Positions 52,346 through 63,906 of a stretch of DNA of 64,000 bases are shown piece after piece. The stretch is taken from NCBI GenBank assembly GCA_965287045.1, contig OZ336891.1:30566001-30630000 (forward strand), read 5' to 3'. The number at the start of each line of letters is the position of its first letter. Position 1 is the first letter of the stretch. Origin of the DNA: Carcharhinus amblyrhynchos (lineage: Eukaryota). A program made the position numbers and the translations under genes. The notes below the pieces were generated by a model. It worked only from the letters and a program-made list of their open reading frames with translations, made no database searches and was not told the DNA's origin.

Positions 52346-52750
52346 GGTAAACTTGGATTTATACAGTGCCTTCTCAGATCTATCAGACATGTTCCAAAGG
52401 ACAGAACATACAATTGATTATTTCGAAGTGAAGTGACTGTCATTTGCTACAATAAGACCTCACAAAATGTCAAAACATGGGTGGCCAATTCATCTCTTTT
52501 TGATGGAATTTGTTGTAGGAGGGATGTTGGACAGGATACCAAAAGAATGTCCCTACTCTTTGAATCAGGTCTTTAGAAATTTAACCATCCTTGAACCACT
52601 GGGATGGGAAGGCAGGACATTATTTTATATCTGACTTAAAGGATCACACCTTCAATAGTCCAGAACTCCCTCACAGCCTGCCTCAAATTGTCTGGTGCTA
52701 GGATTGAACTCACAGCCTTTTGATTTCCAAGAAAATTGCTATCGAGCCGT
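52346..52750 (-). mobile_element. Ancient DeuSINE-like element
   Basis: Reverse-complement similarity to the 45666-45905 domain; heavily decayed. Confidence 0.5.
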
Positions 52751-52756
52751 GACATG

Positions 52757-53005
52757 GACGGTGGCACAGTGGTTAGTATTGCTGCCTCACAACACCAGGG
52801 ACCTGGATTCAATTTGTGACTTGGATCGCTGTTTGTGTGGAGTTTGCACATTCTCCCCAGGTCTGCATGGGTTTGTTCCGGTTTCCTCCCACAGTCTGAA
52901 AGATATGCTGTGCATTGACCTGAACAGGTGCTGGAGTGTGGCAGCTAGGAGCATTTCACAGTAACTTCATTGCAGTGTTATGTAAGTCTTAATTGTGACT
53001 CATAA
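52757..53005 (+). mobile_element. HE1-like V-SINE, type B
   Basis: Head, V-domain, type B tail. Confidence 0.84.
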
Positions 53006-53042
53006 ATTAACTACTTCTTTTCATATTTGTGCGATATATTTT

Positions 53043-54660
53043 AGAACAAAGAACAAAGAACAAAGAACAACACAGCACGGGAAACAGGCCCTTCGGCCCA
53101 ACGAGCCCGTGCCGCCGTCCCACTGTCTCAGTGACCTATTCATGATTTTAGTCTACACCTAACGTGCGAGGATCAGGGAGGTCCAATTTAGGGACAATTT
53201 AGTACCCAATCAATCAGCCTAAAAGCACATCTTTGGGGGATGTGGGAGGAAACCGGAGCACCCGGAGGAAACCCACGCAACCACGGGGAGAACGTGCAAA
53301 CTCCCACAGACACAGGCCCAAATCCATGTGTCCGCACAGCAACAGAGATAGTCTCTGAGCTGTCATGTTGCCCTCGAGATGGTCCAGTTTAAGCACACTA
53401 ACGACATGAAGCAATAGGCAACTCCCGAAGCAACGTCCAAGAGCAGCCCACTACAACCTGCCGCATGCATGCCCCTTGCTGGACTTAAATGCCTGTGGAG
53501 ACAAAAAAATTCATTATTAAACAGGCAAAGACTAACATCCCTGAGGCAAAACGTATTCCCAAGCCTACAATGTTTAGTAAGGCCTACTATATCCCCCTAT
53601 ATGTAGCCCGCTCATATGGCTGTCTAAGTGACTCTTAAACAACCCTAGCGTGCCTGCTTCCACCACCTTACTCGGCAGTGCATTCCACACCCCCACTACC
53701 CTTTGCGTGAAAAACTGCCCTCTAATATTTGTCTTATACCTAGCCCCCCTCACCCTAAGCCCGTGACCCCTCGTTCTATCCATTTCTAATAGCGGAAAAA
53801 GCTTACCACCATTTACTCTATCTATCCCCTTCATAATCTTATAAACCTCTATTAGATCCCCCCTCAGCCGACGTCTCTCAAGGGAAAACAGCCCAAGTTC
53901 ATTCAATCTTTCCTCGTAAGACAGCCCTTCCATACCAGGCAACATCCTGGTAAATCTCCTCTGCACTCTCTCCAGGATCTCTACATCCTTCCGGTAGTAC
54001 GGCGACCAGAACTGGACGCAGTACTCCAAGTGAGGCCTAACCAACGTTCTATACAACTGCAACATCAGACTCCTACTCTTATATTCTATACCTCTTCCTA
54101 TGAAGGCTAACATACCATACGCTTTCCTCATCACATTCTGCACCTGCACCGACACCTTCAGGGACTTGTGCACTTGCACCCCCAGGTCTCTCTGCGTATC
54201 TATACTCCGGATAGTTCTACCTTTTATCGTATAACTCCCCTCCACATTATTCCGGCCAAAGTGCATCACCTCGCATTTCTCCGGATTAAATTCCATTTGC
54301 CATCTATCTGCCCAATCTACCAGCCTGTCTATGTCCTGTTGCATTGCCAGGCACTGCTCCTCAGTACCCGCCAATCCAACCATCTTGGTGTCATCAGCAA
54401 ATTTGCTGATCACACCACCTACCCCCTCTTCCAAGTCATTAATATATACCACAAATAGAAGAGGTCCAAGTACCGAGCCCTGCGCCACACCACTGGTGAC
54501 AGGCCTCCAATTGGAAAAGGAGCCTTCCACTACTACTCGCTGTCTCCTCCTCCCAAGCCAGTTCTCCACCCATCTACATACCTGGCCTTGTATCCCATGA
54601 GCCTTCACCTTTTCTATCAGCCTACCATGAGGGACCTTGTCAAACGCCTTACTGAAATCC
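53043..54660 (-). mobile_element. Young 5'-truncated CR1 LINE with an open 362-aa RT frame and a ~530-nt 3' UTR
   Basis: ORF 53574-54662: DFSKAFD...QGSVLGP...KFADDTK...; 7-bp TSD ATATTTT at 53036-53042 and 54661-54667; (GTTCTTT)n tail. Confidence 0.95.
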
Positions 54661-55631
54661 ATATTTTGTATCTGATTTATTCATTTGCATATGCATATAT
54701 TCTCAAAGCACTAAGATTGCCTGGCTTCAGTATATAAAGCTGTTCTTTACAAATAATTACAGTTTAATTAGGTGTAACTTGAGGGGATCGTTCCCTCAAA
54801 GCATTGTATAATTTTTAAATTGATCCGTGGAAATCAGGATTTACAGAAAATGAGCAGTATTTTAGCTAGTTTATACAATAGCTAGTTTTCCCATGGCAGA
54901 GATGGTTCGCCATAACCCACTGATGGAATTGTCTAGTCCTGCCAAAGTCAATGGTGATGTACAGTCCTCACCCGTGCTGTCATCAGGGAACTTGTAGTGT
55001 GGGTTGACTTTGGTGAGTGGAAATGCCAGCGAGAACAGAGAATTTGGCACTCAGCCAAATCTTCATTCACTGCAGTGGGACCAGAGAATCCCAGCAGCAG
55101 GTGAAGTTGGAGAATTACAACCTGGAGGTGATTAACAATGCAGCTGTCCTTTATTACTATCACAGTAAAACGAATAAGAACACATTGATCTTGCAATCCC
55201 ACAATACACTGGCTTGCAAAGTATGGCAAGCCTGACAGAACATACAATACATAACAAAAGTATTGAAGGTGATTTATTATAGTGTTGGCTAGTATTAGAA
55301 ATTTTGAAGTGCTGTCATATTATTTGGCAGTCAGTTCCCTGGCTGCAACCTAATTGTGTGTGTGATTTTAAGAGAGAATGGTTTAAAAATACAATTTTGA
55401 ACTTCTCTGATGTAACTCAGTTGGTCTTTCCTGCTACTTACTATGATATATGGTTATTGTATACAGAATTTGAACTTGCATACTTTCAAACAACTTGGTT
55501 TGGAAATGAACAAGCCCTCTCACTGTTTTCGGGAATGTTACATAGACAAATGCATGCCTTCTTCTCTGATACATTTACTGATGATTTTTGAAGTTCCATG
55601 TGCAACTTTTTCATGATTAAGCGATACTCAC

Positions 55632-55700
55632 AGTTCTTGAAGCTTGCTAAGAGTTCTGATAGCCACAGGAAATTCAACCAAGTCATTATAATTCAAGTCT
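55632..55700 (-). CDS. LGR6: LGR6 exon 7 (LRR), 69 bp; most 5' exon found in the window
   Basis: atcag|A GAC TTG AAT...GAA CT|gtgag; DLNYNDLVEFPVAIRTLSKLQEL. Confidence 0.94.
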
Positions 55701-55925
55701 CTGATAAAGCATAAAAATAAAAAAACTTATTAGCAATATTTCATTATGCTCCAACTTTACACCTTATGAATATTTTTGAACTGACATATCAGAACAGCTG
55801 TGTTGTTCACTTTTGAATATTGTAAAGCCACTTATGTAGCATGTTCCATTAGAGTGCAGATGAACCTCAATAATATCAGCACAATTTTAACCATTTTTGT
55901 TTGGCATTTTGCGAAGTGTTATTAA

Positions 55926-56061
55926 GGCTAGAATTCGCTGGCTGTTCACGGCGTACTGTGGTTGCCAACGAGAATGGAGAATTTGGCATTCAGTCAAATC
56001 TCTGTTCACTGCAGCAGGACCGGAGAATCCCAGCTGCAGGTGAGGTTGGAGAATCTGGCTC
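55926..56061. mobile_element. Harbinger-type MITE
   Basis: Sister of 21846-21973; flanked by TAA on both sides. Confidence 0.7.
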
Positions 56062-56312
56062 TAAGTGTAAATGGGGAATAATAATGGTTCTGTACCCAAA
56101 ATCTTTTTGCAATGCACTTTGTTAAATTATGCTGAAAATGTTGGAACTTTTAATTTAATCTGTGGCCTGAATTGCTTAACTCCATGCTCATCAGTTCATT
56201 TCTCTGTTAACCCCATATTTGTCCAAATTATTCACACTGTAGTGAATTACAAGCCAACAGTAAAGAATGGCCTGTCAAATAAATAGTTGTCTATTACAAG
56301 TTAGAATCCTTA

Positions 56313-56665
56313 AAGGCCTGTATAGAGGGGATGTGGTGAAGGTGATTCCATTAGCCAGAGAGACTAAAATGCAAGGGCACAGCCTCAGAATAAAGGAACA
56401 ACCCTTTTGAACCAAGATGAGGAGGAATTTCTTCAGCCAGATGGTGGTGAAACTATGGAATTCACTGCCACGGAAGACTGTGGAAGCCAGGTCATTGGGT
56501 ATATTTAAGCAGAGATAGATAAATTCTCAATTGGTAAGGGGATCAAAGGTTACAAGGAAAAGGCGGGAAAATGGGGATGAGAAACTTATCAGCCATGATT
56601 GAATGGCAGAGCAGGTTCGATGGGCTGAAGGGCCTAATTCTGCTCTGATATATTATGGTCTTATC
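56313..56665 (+). mobile_element. CR1 3' end
   Basis: GHSLRIK...MRRNFFSQMVVKLWNSLP; CR1 stem-loop tail. Confidence 0.82.
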
Positions 56666-59124
56666 ATGTTATTAATAAATGCCATGGCTAAGTAACTTCA
56701 TAAATGCTCACTGTCTTTTCTCATTGGTTCAATGCTATCCAACAGGAAATAAATTATTGAAGTCTTGAATAATGAATGCGTGGTTAATCAAGATAATTAT
56801 AAGTTTCACTCATGTCACCACTAAAGCTAATTGTACAAACTCATTTATATTATCTTGGAAAATACTTGACACTTGAACACCTTAGAAAATATGGAGGGAG
56901 AAATTAATTTGCTTATTGTTGCTGTACAGATGTTTGTTGATTCAATGAGGCAGCTAGGATTCCATAGCCCATACAGCCTATGTGGCATGCTTCAATAATA
57001 TCAATGAAGAGATCCATGCTGGTCTGGGTCCAACACACTGCTTGCCCCCAAAGAATTGACATAAGCTGAACACATTTTTTCCCCATGGAGATTAAGCAAA
57101 CCTTCGAAGATTGTTTGATTTTACTGAAACCTTTCAGTAGTTATCCTGTATCAAAACAATGCAATGAAGACACTAAATAATTTTAGGGACAAGCTAACCT
57201 TAGAGATTTAATGGATCATCTTCAATTTTATTGGAATTAAATCCTAGTAAACAAATAACTAATTCGAATATTACATATTTTTGTTTGATTGAGGTTCTAT
57301 AAACATCTGAAGTAAAATAGTAATTAATAAACTTCCATGCGACTGTTTAAATACATTGCTTTATAACTGTCCATCCCAATCCCCGTTCCTCTTCACCCAC
57401 TTTCTTGAAGGAGCTACCTCATGCTAGCACATCATGCATGAATTACCTGCACTCCCTAATTTCTCATCTCAATGGCTGTTTGTCATCTGCATACCTTGGC
57501 ATTAACCCCAATATTACCAGGAACTGGCAAGATGCCAAGTCAGCCAAGGGGCCCAGCAAGGCCTAATTAGAATATTGCTGGGTAGATCCCTGCTCACAGC
57601 CAGGCATCCTTAGGGGCAGTCCTTGGCATTTGGAAGAGCATCAACTCCACGTCCTGATGAGTGGGAGGAAGCTTACCTTTGGGAGAGGGCAGAGGAAAGA
57701 TGGAGATGAAGATGGAGGGTGGGAATAGGCTGTAGATTAGGGCTGCCTAGCTGAGTGTTGGGGGTAGATTATAGTTTGGAGGCCAAAGGCTTCCATATAA
57801 GGCTTGGGGGTGGAGCAGTTTTGTTCATAATTGAAGTCTGAGTGTCTGTAAACTATTTGACCAATGCCCAATCCTCTTCCTGCCCATTATTTACAGCAGT
57901 GAATTTTCCAACAGTGTTCACCGAGATAGCAAATGAAAAAAGAAGCTTGGATGTCAAATAATACTTTGAACCAGACAATTGTCTATTTTGTGGAGGGGAG
58001 AAAAAATAAAGTTGGGAAATTTCTCAACATGTCCTGATGTGAATCCCATTCAAAAGCAATGCTGGTTCCGCAATTCTGTCTGTAGCATTGCCAACATTTG
58101 TGGGTTATTTATGAGCCCTCCCTGCATTTCATGTAAGTTTTAAAATGCATTTCAGACTAATTGCATTATTTCCTTCTCTAATTCACTCTTTCCAAGGACC
58201 TCCAAGCTGTGGAATTTTCCACCTCTGTCTCCTTTTAAAGCTAGTAGGTTGGTGGGTATGGGAATAAGTGGGAGGTGGATTCCGCACAGCATGTTTGGAA
58301 ATTTTATTTTTACACATGGCAGAAATTTGCTCCCTTGGTGTAAGTGAATCATTGCTTCTTCATTTACCATCACCTGCTCCTTAAGGAGCGATTTCCCAAT
58401 CCAGCATGTTCAACTGGTGGTGGTGCTCAACTCTGGAAACTAGGCATGTGCAGCCCATGTTATTCTGGCCATAAATCAATGGACAAAAAAAGTATAGGCC
58501 TATGATCCTTGACTTATGCTTCCTCTTGAGTTGTGACCCTCATTGGGAACGCCAGATCACAGAATGACCCCATTTGCTATTTTTACCCTTGGTGATTTCC
58601 TACACTAGACACCTGGCTGTTTCTCCCTTGAAACTCAGAACAACCTTCAAACATAGGATTTTAATGGCTATCTCTATTGAATTAAAGGCATATAATGGCT
58701 TGTACCAAATCTTACAGGATACATTCCAAACATTTAGCAGAGGAAATGATAAGCGTATTGAACAGGATATGTGATAAGATACTTAATCAGTTACTTAAAG
58801 TTATTTAATAGTAGGGCATCCAGCAACTGAGTTATTCCATTGTCTCAATTTTCATTACATAACTCTTGCTGCTAATTTTCTATAGACTTAGGTCAGGATT
58901 TTCCACCCTTTCTCCCCCACTCTGGTGTGTTTTACAGTGGCGGAACTGGCTCGTCATTGACCACTGACAGGATCTTCCAGTCTCTCTAATATCTACGGCA
59001 TTTTTCATGGTTCACCCATCCTGCTGCTGGGGGACCCACTGTAAGAGACTGCCTTCAGTGGGACTAGAATTGTAAGTCATGTCATACACTTTTACAACTG
59101 TGCAGATACCTTTATAGGGGTTTA

Positions 59125-59448
59125 TCATAGAATCATAGAATCCCTACAGTGCAGAAAGAGGCAACTCAGCCCATCAAGTCTGCACCAACCACAATCCCAT
59201 CCAGGCCCTATCCTGTAACCCCAGGTATTTAGTTTGCCAGTTCCCCCTTACAATAACGGGCTATGTTTTATGCTGGCCGATTAAGCTCCCCTCCACATTT
59301 TTGGAGTGTAGAAGGAAATTGGAGCACCAGAGGAAACCCATGTAGACATAGGAGAACATGCAAACTCCACACAGACAGTGACCTGAGGCCGAAATTGAAC
59401 CTGGTTCCTTCGCGCTGTGAGGCAGTAGTGCCAACCACTGTGTCATCC
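59125..59448 (-). mobile_element. HE1-like V-SINE, type A
   Basis: Full length with (ATTCTATG)n tail. Confidence 0.85.
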
Positions 59449-61029
59449 AAAATTCAGTTCATCCAGTTCTTAAAGATATTGTGAGGTTACTACATTTCGA
59501 ATGTTGAAAACTTTGCTGCATCGCATTGAGTCCACAGTACAAGTGCATTTCCACTCCAATCTGCATTTTCTAAAAATCTGTTGCAATTTATCATGCTTAG
59601 ACTCTTGATTTATAGTGCCAAGAACTACCTTTCACCTTCCCTGTGTCAAACTCAGTTTTTCTCACTAGACTTTCACTCCTGAGTTTCTTGTTGTATTTTA
59701 ATTCATAGCGGTTATGCGGAACTGCTGAAAACAGTTCACTATCAGACAGAAATTGCTCGACTCTCAAGGACCATTTTATAGTGAAGATGAAATGTACGTT
59801 TCTAATGGGGTGCCTCAAGTTACAAACACTTTCCCTGGACTATCAAATTTAATAATTAAGTAATAATGAAGTAGCCTTTCGGGCAATCAGTGAAGAGGCA
59901 AAAGTTGATATTATCTTCGGGCTATGTGGGTTGACATTTACCTAGAATAGCTTTAAACAGCTAGCTTCCTCCTTGGGTAAAAATATTAGCGGAACAACTT
60001 CTCTGGGTGAATTAGCAGAGATTCAAAATGGTGAGAATGATGATGCAAGCACTACAATGATGCATTGTATTCACTGAATCCTTTATTTCATTATTTTAAA
60101 TCCTGTTCAATCACGAGATTTAATTATTGGCTATAATCATTCAAACATCAAAGCTTTTATTTTAAAATCGGTGCTCTGCGCTTTTTTTTATCTCCTATAG
60201 TGATTGTAGTATTTGTTAAAGATAGACTCCTGTGCACAATAGACAACAGATGCTTTTAATAACATTTTGCAGTGCTTGCCAAATTCACTATGAATACGGT
60301 AAACCTCTTGCAATAGAGGTGAGTCATATTTGAAAAATAGTGCCAGGTACTATGAATCCTTCATTGTATAGATTTAGTCACTCTGGACATACAAAATGTA
60401 ATTTATCTCGAGCCGTTTACAAAAATTGCAGTGCGTAGCTTGATATCCATCAAAAGCATAGTTAACTCTAGATATAATTTAGACACAAAAGATACGTAAC
60501 TGTGTAACATATAATAGACAAAACAAATGGTGTATTGACGTTGTGAGAATTTTCTTTTATGGGAGGTGATCTGATACTATTTATAAGCCTATGTGTACAT
60601 TTGAGCCAATAAAGTTAGTTATTCGAAGACAGTTTTCAAGGTCTCAGTCAGATGAGAAGCATGGTAGAAACACTCTGGACATTACAAGGCTAATCTTATC
60701 GACTATTTTCTGCTGCCATCATTGTGTTTGGGGCCTACACAGGGTGGCCCAGCCCTCATATTTCAATTCTGGTCCTCTGGCAAAGCTGGGAGTAATTTTC
60801 AGATAGTTCAGGGCGAGAGCATGTACTGCACATCCTCAGCCTGTTGTTGCCATGAATAGGTATTAGAGAACAGTGACCTGAGGCTGGAATTGAACCCGGC
60901 TCCCTAGCGCTGTGTGGCAGCAGTGCTAACGACTGTGCAATTGTGCCACCCAAAATCCAGTTCATCCAGTTCTTAAAGATATGAATACATGGTGAACTTG
61001 CTACATTTCAAGTATTGAAGACATTGCTG

Positions 61030-61344
61030 CACGGTGATACAGTGGTTAGCACTGCTGCCTCACAGCACCAGAGACCTTGTTTGATTCCTGGCTTGGATGA
61101 CTGTCTTTATGGAGTTTGTACATTCTCCCCATGTCTGCGTTGGTTTCCTCTGGGTGTTCTGGTTTCCTGCCTCAGTCCAAAGATGTGTGGGTTAGGTGGT
61201 TTGGCCATTCTAAATTGCTCCTTAGCGTCATGGGGATTGGCAGGACAAATACATGGCGTTACATGGATAGGGACTGGGAGGGATTGTTGTCGGTGCCGAC
61301 TCAATGGGTCGAATGGCCTCCTTCTGCACTGTAGGGATTCTATG
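61030..61344 (+). mobile_element. HE1-like V-SINE, type A
   Basis: Full length. Confidence 0.87.
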
Positions 61345-61608
61345 AAAACCCAACTCTGATAGGAGCATACTATATTCAAAATAGTAATGGTGTCTCCTAG
61401 CTTTACTACAACATATTAATATCTGTGTAATAACAGCAACTCTCCACAGGTTTGAGTTTTTAGTATTCAGTAGCTGGAGGAATATGCAACGAGGAACTCT
61501 TGTAATCCTCCTCAACAAACCCTTAATAGTTATTAAGGGCTTTTGTTCTTTTTAAGTCGCGAATGCTTCCCTTGCTGTCATGACAGTCAATTCTTTATTT
61601 TTCATGTA

Positions 61609-61713
61609 GACAAAGGTCATAGGTAGAGGAGGGCACTCATAATGTTAAAATGGCGGCGTGGGCTCGTTGGGCCGAAGGGCCTGTTTCCCGTGCCGTGTTG
61701 TTCTTTGTTCTTT
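61609..61713 (+). mobile_element. Extreme 3' end of the same CR1 family as 77-580
   Basis: GACAAAGGTCATAGGTAGAGGAGG...TGTTAAAATGGCGGCGTGGGCTCGTTGGGCCGAAGGGCCTGTTTCCCGTG matches 470-580. Confidence 0.8.
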
Positions 61714-62171
61714 GATCAGTAATTAGTTAGTGCTCCTATGATTTCTCTCCAAATTGCCTTACTCCTGTAATCAAGTTTTCTGTAAAGGTTGTCAGTTGCT
61801 TGTAATTACTGATGACGATTCTGAATTTTTCCTTAACAACAAGGAATATACATATTTTCACGCAGGATTGCTTATATCTGTCTTTTTTAAACACTCATGC
61901 TTTTGTGTAGGTACAGAATAAAACAAGCTGTAGCCCCTTAATTTCTGTCAATACATAAATAAATAATTCACTTACCCAGCCAATCGTCATGTGTTCAGAG
62001 TATCAAATGTTTTGGTGCCATGAGAGTACCATGCCTTTTATTCAAGATGGCACCATAAGGAGTTGGCTTCTTGCAAGCTGCCCAGCATACCTTCTAATTC
62101 TATCTTTTACTCTCATTCTATCTTCTAAAGCTTCACTCTAACTCCTTTAAACTCTCTAGCAATGCTTTACA

Positions 62172-62341
62172 ACCTTGCATTAAGTTGATCTTTCTCTATA
62201 CCCAAGCTATAACTGTAACACTACATTTTGTACTGTCTTGTTTCCTTCTCTATGAACGATATGCTTTGTCCATATAGCACGCAAGAAACAATACTTTTCA
62301 CTGTATGTTAATACATATGACAATAATAAATCAAATCAAAA
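62172..62341 (+). mobile_element. Rex1-like 3' UTR fragment
   Basis: Matches 4357-4527. Confidence 0.82.
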
Positions 62342-62446
62342 AATAGACCTGAAATTTTAATATTCATCTTTTTAAAATAATTTTCCTCATTTGTGGATTA
62401 TATAACTTATTGTAATTGCCTGCATGGAAAGTGCTGACAGATGCAG

Positions 62447-62640
62447 CAAGGGCGTGGAATGCCCTGCCTGCAGCAGTTGTGGACTCGTCAACTTTAAGGG
62501 CATTCAAATGGTCACTGGATAGGCATATGGATAATATTGGAATAGTTTAGGTTAGAGGGTCATTAGATTGGTTCCACTGGTCGGCGCAACATCGAGGGCC
62601 GAAGGGCCTGTACTGCACTGTAATGTTCTATCTTCTATGC
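62447..62640 (+). mobile_element. CR1 3' end
   Basis: WNALP...FKWSLDRHMD; GGGCCGAAGGGCCTG stem-loop. Confidence 0.8.
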
Positions 62641-62984
62641 CATTATATTTACAAACTTTGATCAACATAAAAAAATGGCAAGGCATTAAAAATAGTCATT
62701 TATCATCTGCTTTTTTTGTTGTGGATGTCATTGTGCTAAACGTGTGTCAGATCTGGGACATGAAATCAATTGGCTTTTTTTAAAAACACAAATTTAAGTT
62801 TGGATTAAGAAAGGCAACTGCGAAAGATCGAAACTCTCATGGGGATTTTGGTAAAAGCAGAATTAGGAATTTGACGCATTCTAAGTTCTGTAAACCATCA
62901 AGCAAATACTTGATTTATTTACTGTAGGAAATGCAGGCTTAGATCGCCGAATGAAAACTTACCTTGTTTTGGCAAAAAGATACA

Positions 62985-63388
62985 ACGGCATGGTGGCACA
63001 GTGATTATTACAGCCATGATCTTATTGAATGGCGGGGCAGGCTCAAAGGGCTAGATGGCCTACTCCTGCTCCTATTTCTTATGTTCTTATTAGCACTGCT
63101 GCCTCACAGCGCCAAGGACCCGGGTTCAATTCTGACCTCGGGTCACTGTCTGTATGGAGATTGTAAATTCTCCCTGTATATGCTTGGGTTTCCTCCAAAT
63201 GCGCCTGTTTCCCCCTATTGTCCAAAGATATGCGGATTAAGTTGATTGGCCATGCTGCATTGGCCCTTGTGTCAGAGGGATTAGTAGGGTAAATATGTGA
63301 GTTTGCAGGAAAGGGTCTGGATGGGATTATAGTTGATGCAGACTCAATGGGTCAAATTGCCTCCTTCTGCACTATAGCGATTCCATGA
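62985..63388 (+). mobile_element. HE1-like SINE type A with a young CR1 tail (~63009-63089) inserted in its A-box
   Basis: TGGCACAGTGATTA | CAGCCATGATCTTATTGAATGG...TTATGTTCTTA | TTAGCACTGCTGCC. Confidence 0.87.
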
Positions 63389-63779
63389 TAATGACTTATT
63401 AAGTATGCAAAAATAGATTTCTTGAATGGAAGAGTAATTGTCTTACTGCATTCTCAGCAGAACATCTTGTCTTCTGGAAGCTGATACCACAAATTTGATA
63501 TAGACTTTGTTTTTATCACCATTAAATCAAATAGGGGAAGGGGAAAGGCAGTGTCTCATCTGTACCCATTACCATCAAAAGCCTGCATCATTGGCAGTCT
63601 CAGAGAAGTTATAACATCTGGAGGTTATTAGCAATGCTGTTCTTTGAACAAGGTTGGCCCATGCCACCAAGGAAAGCCCTTTGTGGGTCACAGGGCACCT
63701 GGTCAGGAAGCTGCTAATTTATTGGCCAGGTTCCCAATGATGTGTACAGACTCCACATTGCTGGTAGAATATCAGTGGC

Positions 63780-63906
63780 CATGATGTGGATATGCCGGCG
63801 TTGGACTGGGGTAAACACAGTAAAAAGTCACACAGTACACAGTACAAAGAAAACAGTACACAGTAAACAGAACACAGTAAAAATCTGGTGTTGTCAGACT
63901 TTTTAC
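63780..63906. mobile_element. Mini PLE insertion with stuttered ACAGTA repeats
   Basis: PLE tail GATGTGGATATGCCGGCGTTGGACTGGGG; 14-bp TSD AGAATATCAGTGGC at 63766-63779 and 63907-63920. Confidence 0.85.

Noticed and set aside
53574-54662. 362-aa RT ORF as a host gene or autonomous element
   Set aside because: 5'-truncated CR1 lacking the endonuclease and ORF1; its ATG is an internal Met overlapping the TSD.
63813-63884. CRISPR-like or true telomeric array
   Set aside because: Units are 6-8 bp, irregular, without spacers and not TTAGGG; they derive from the PLE end.
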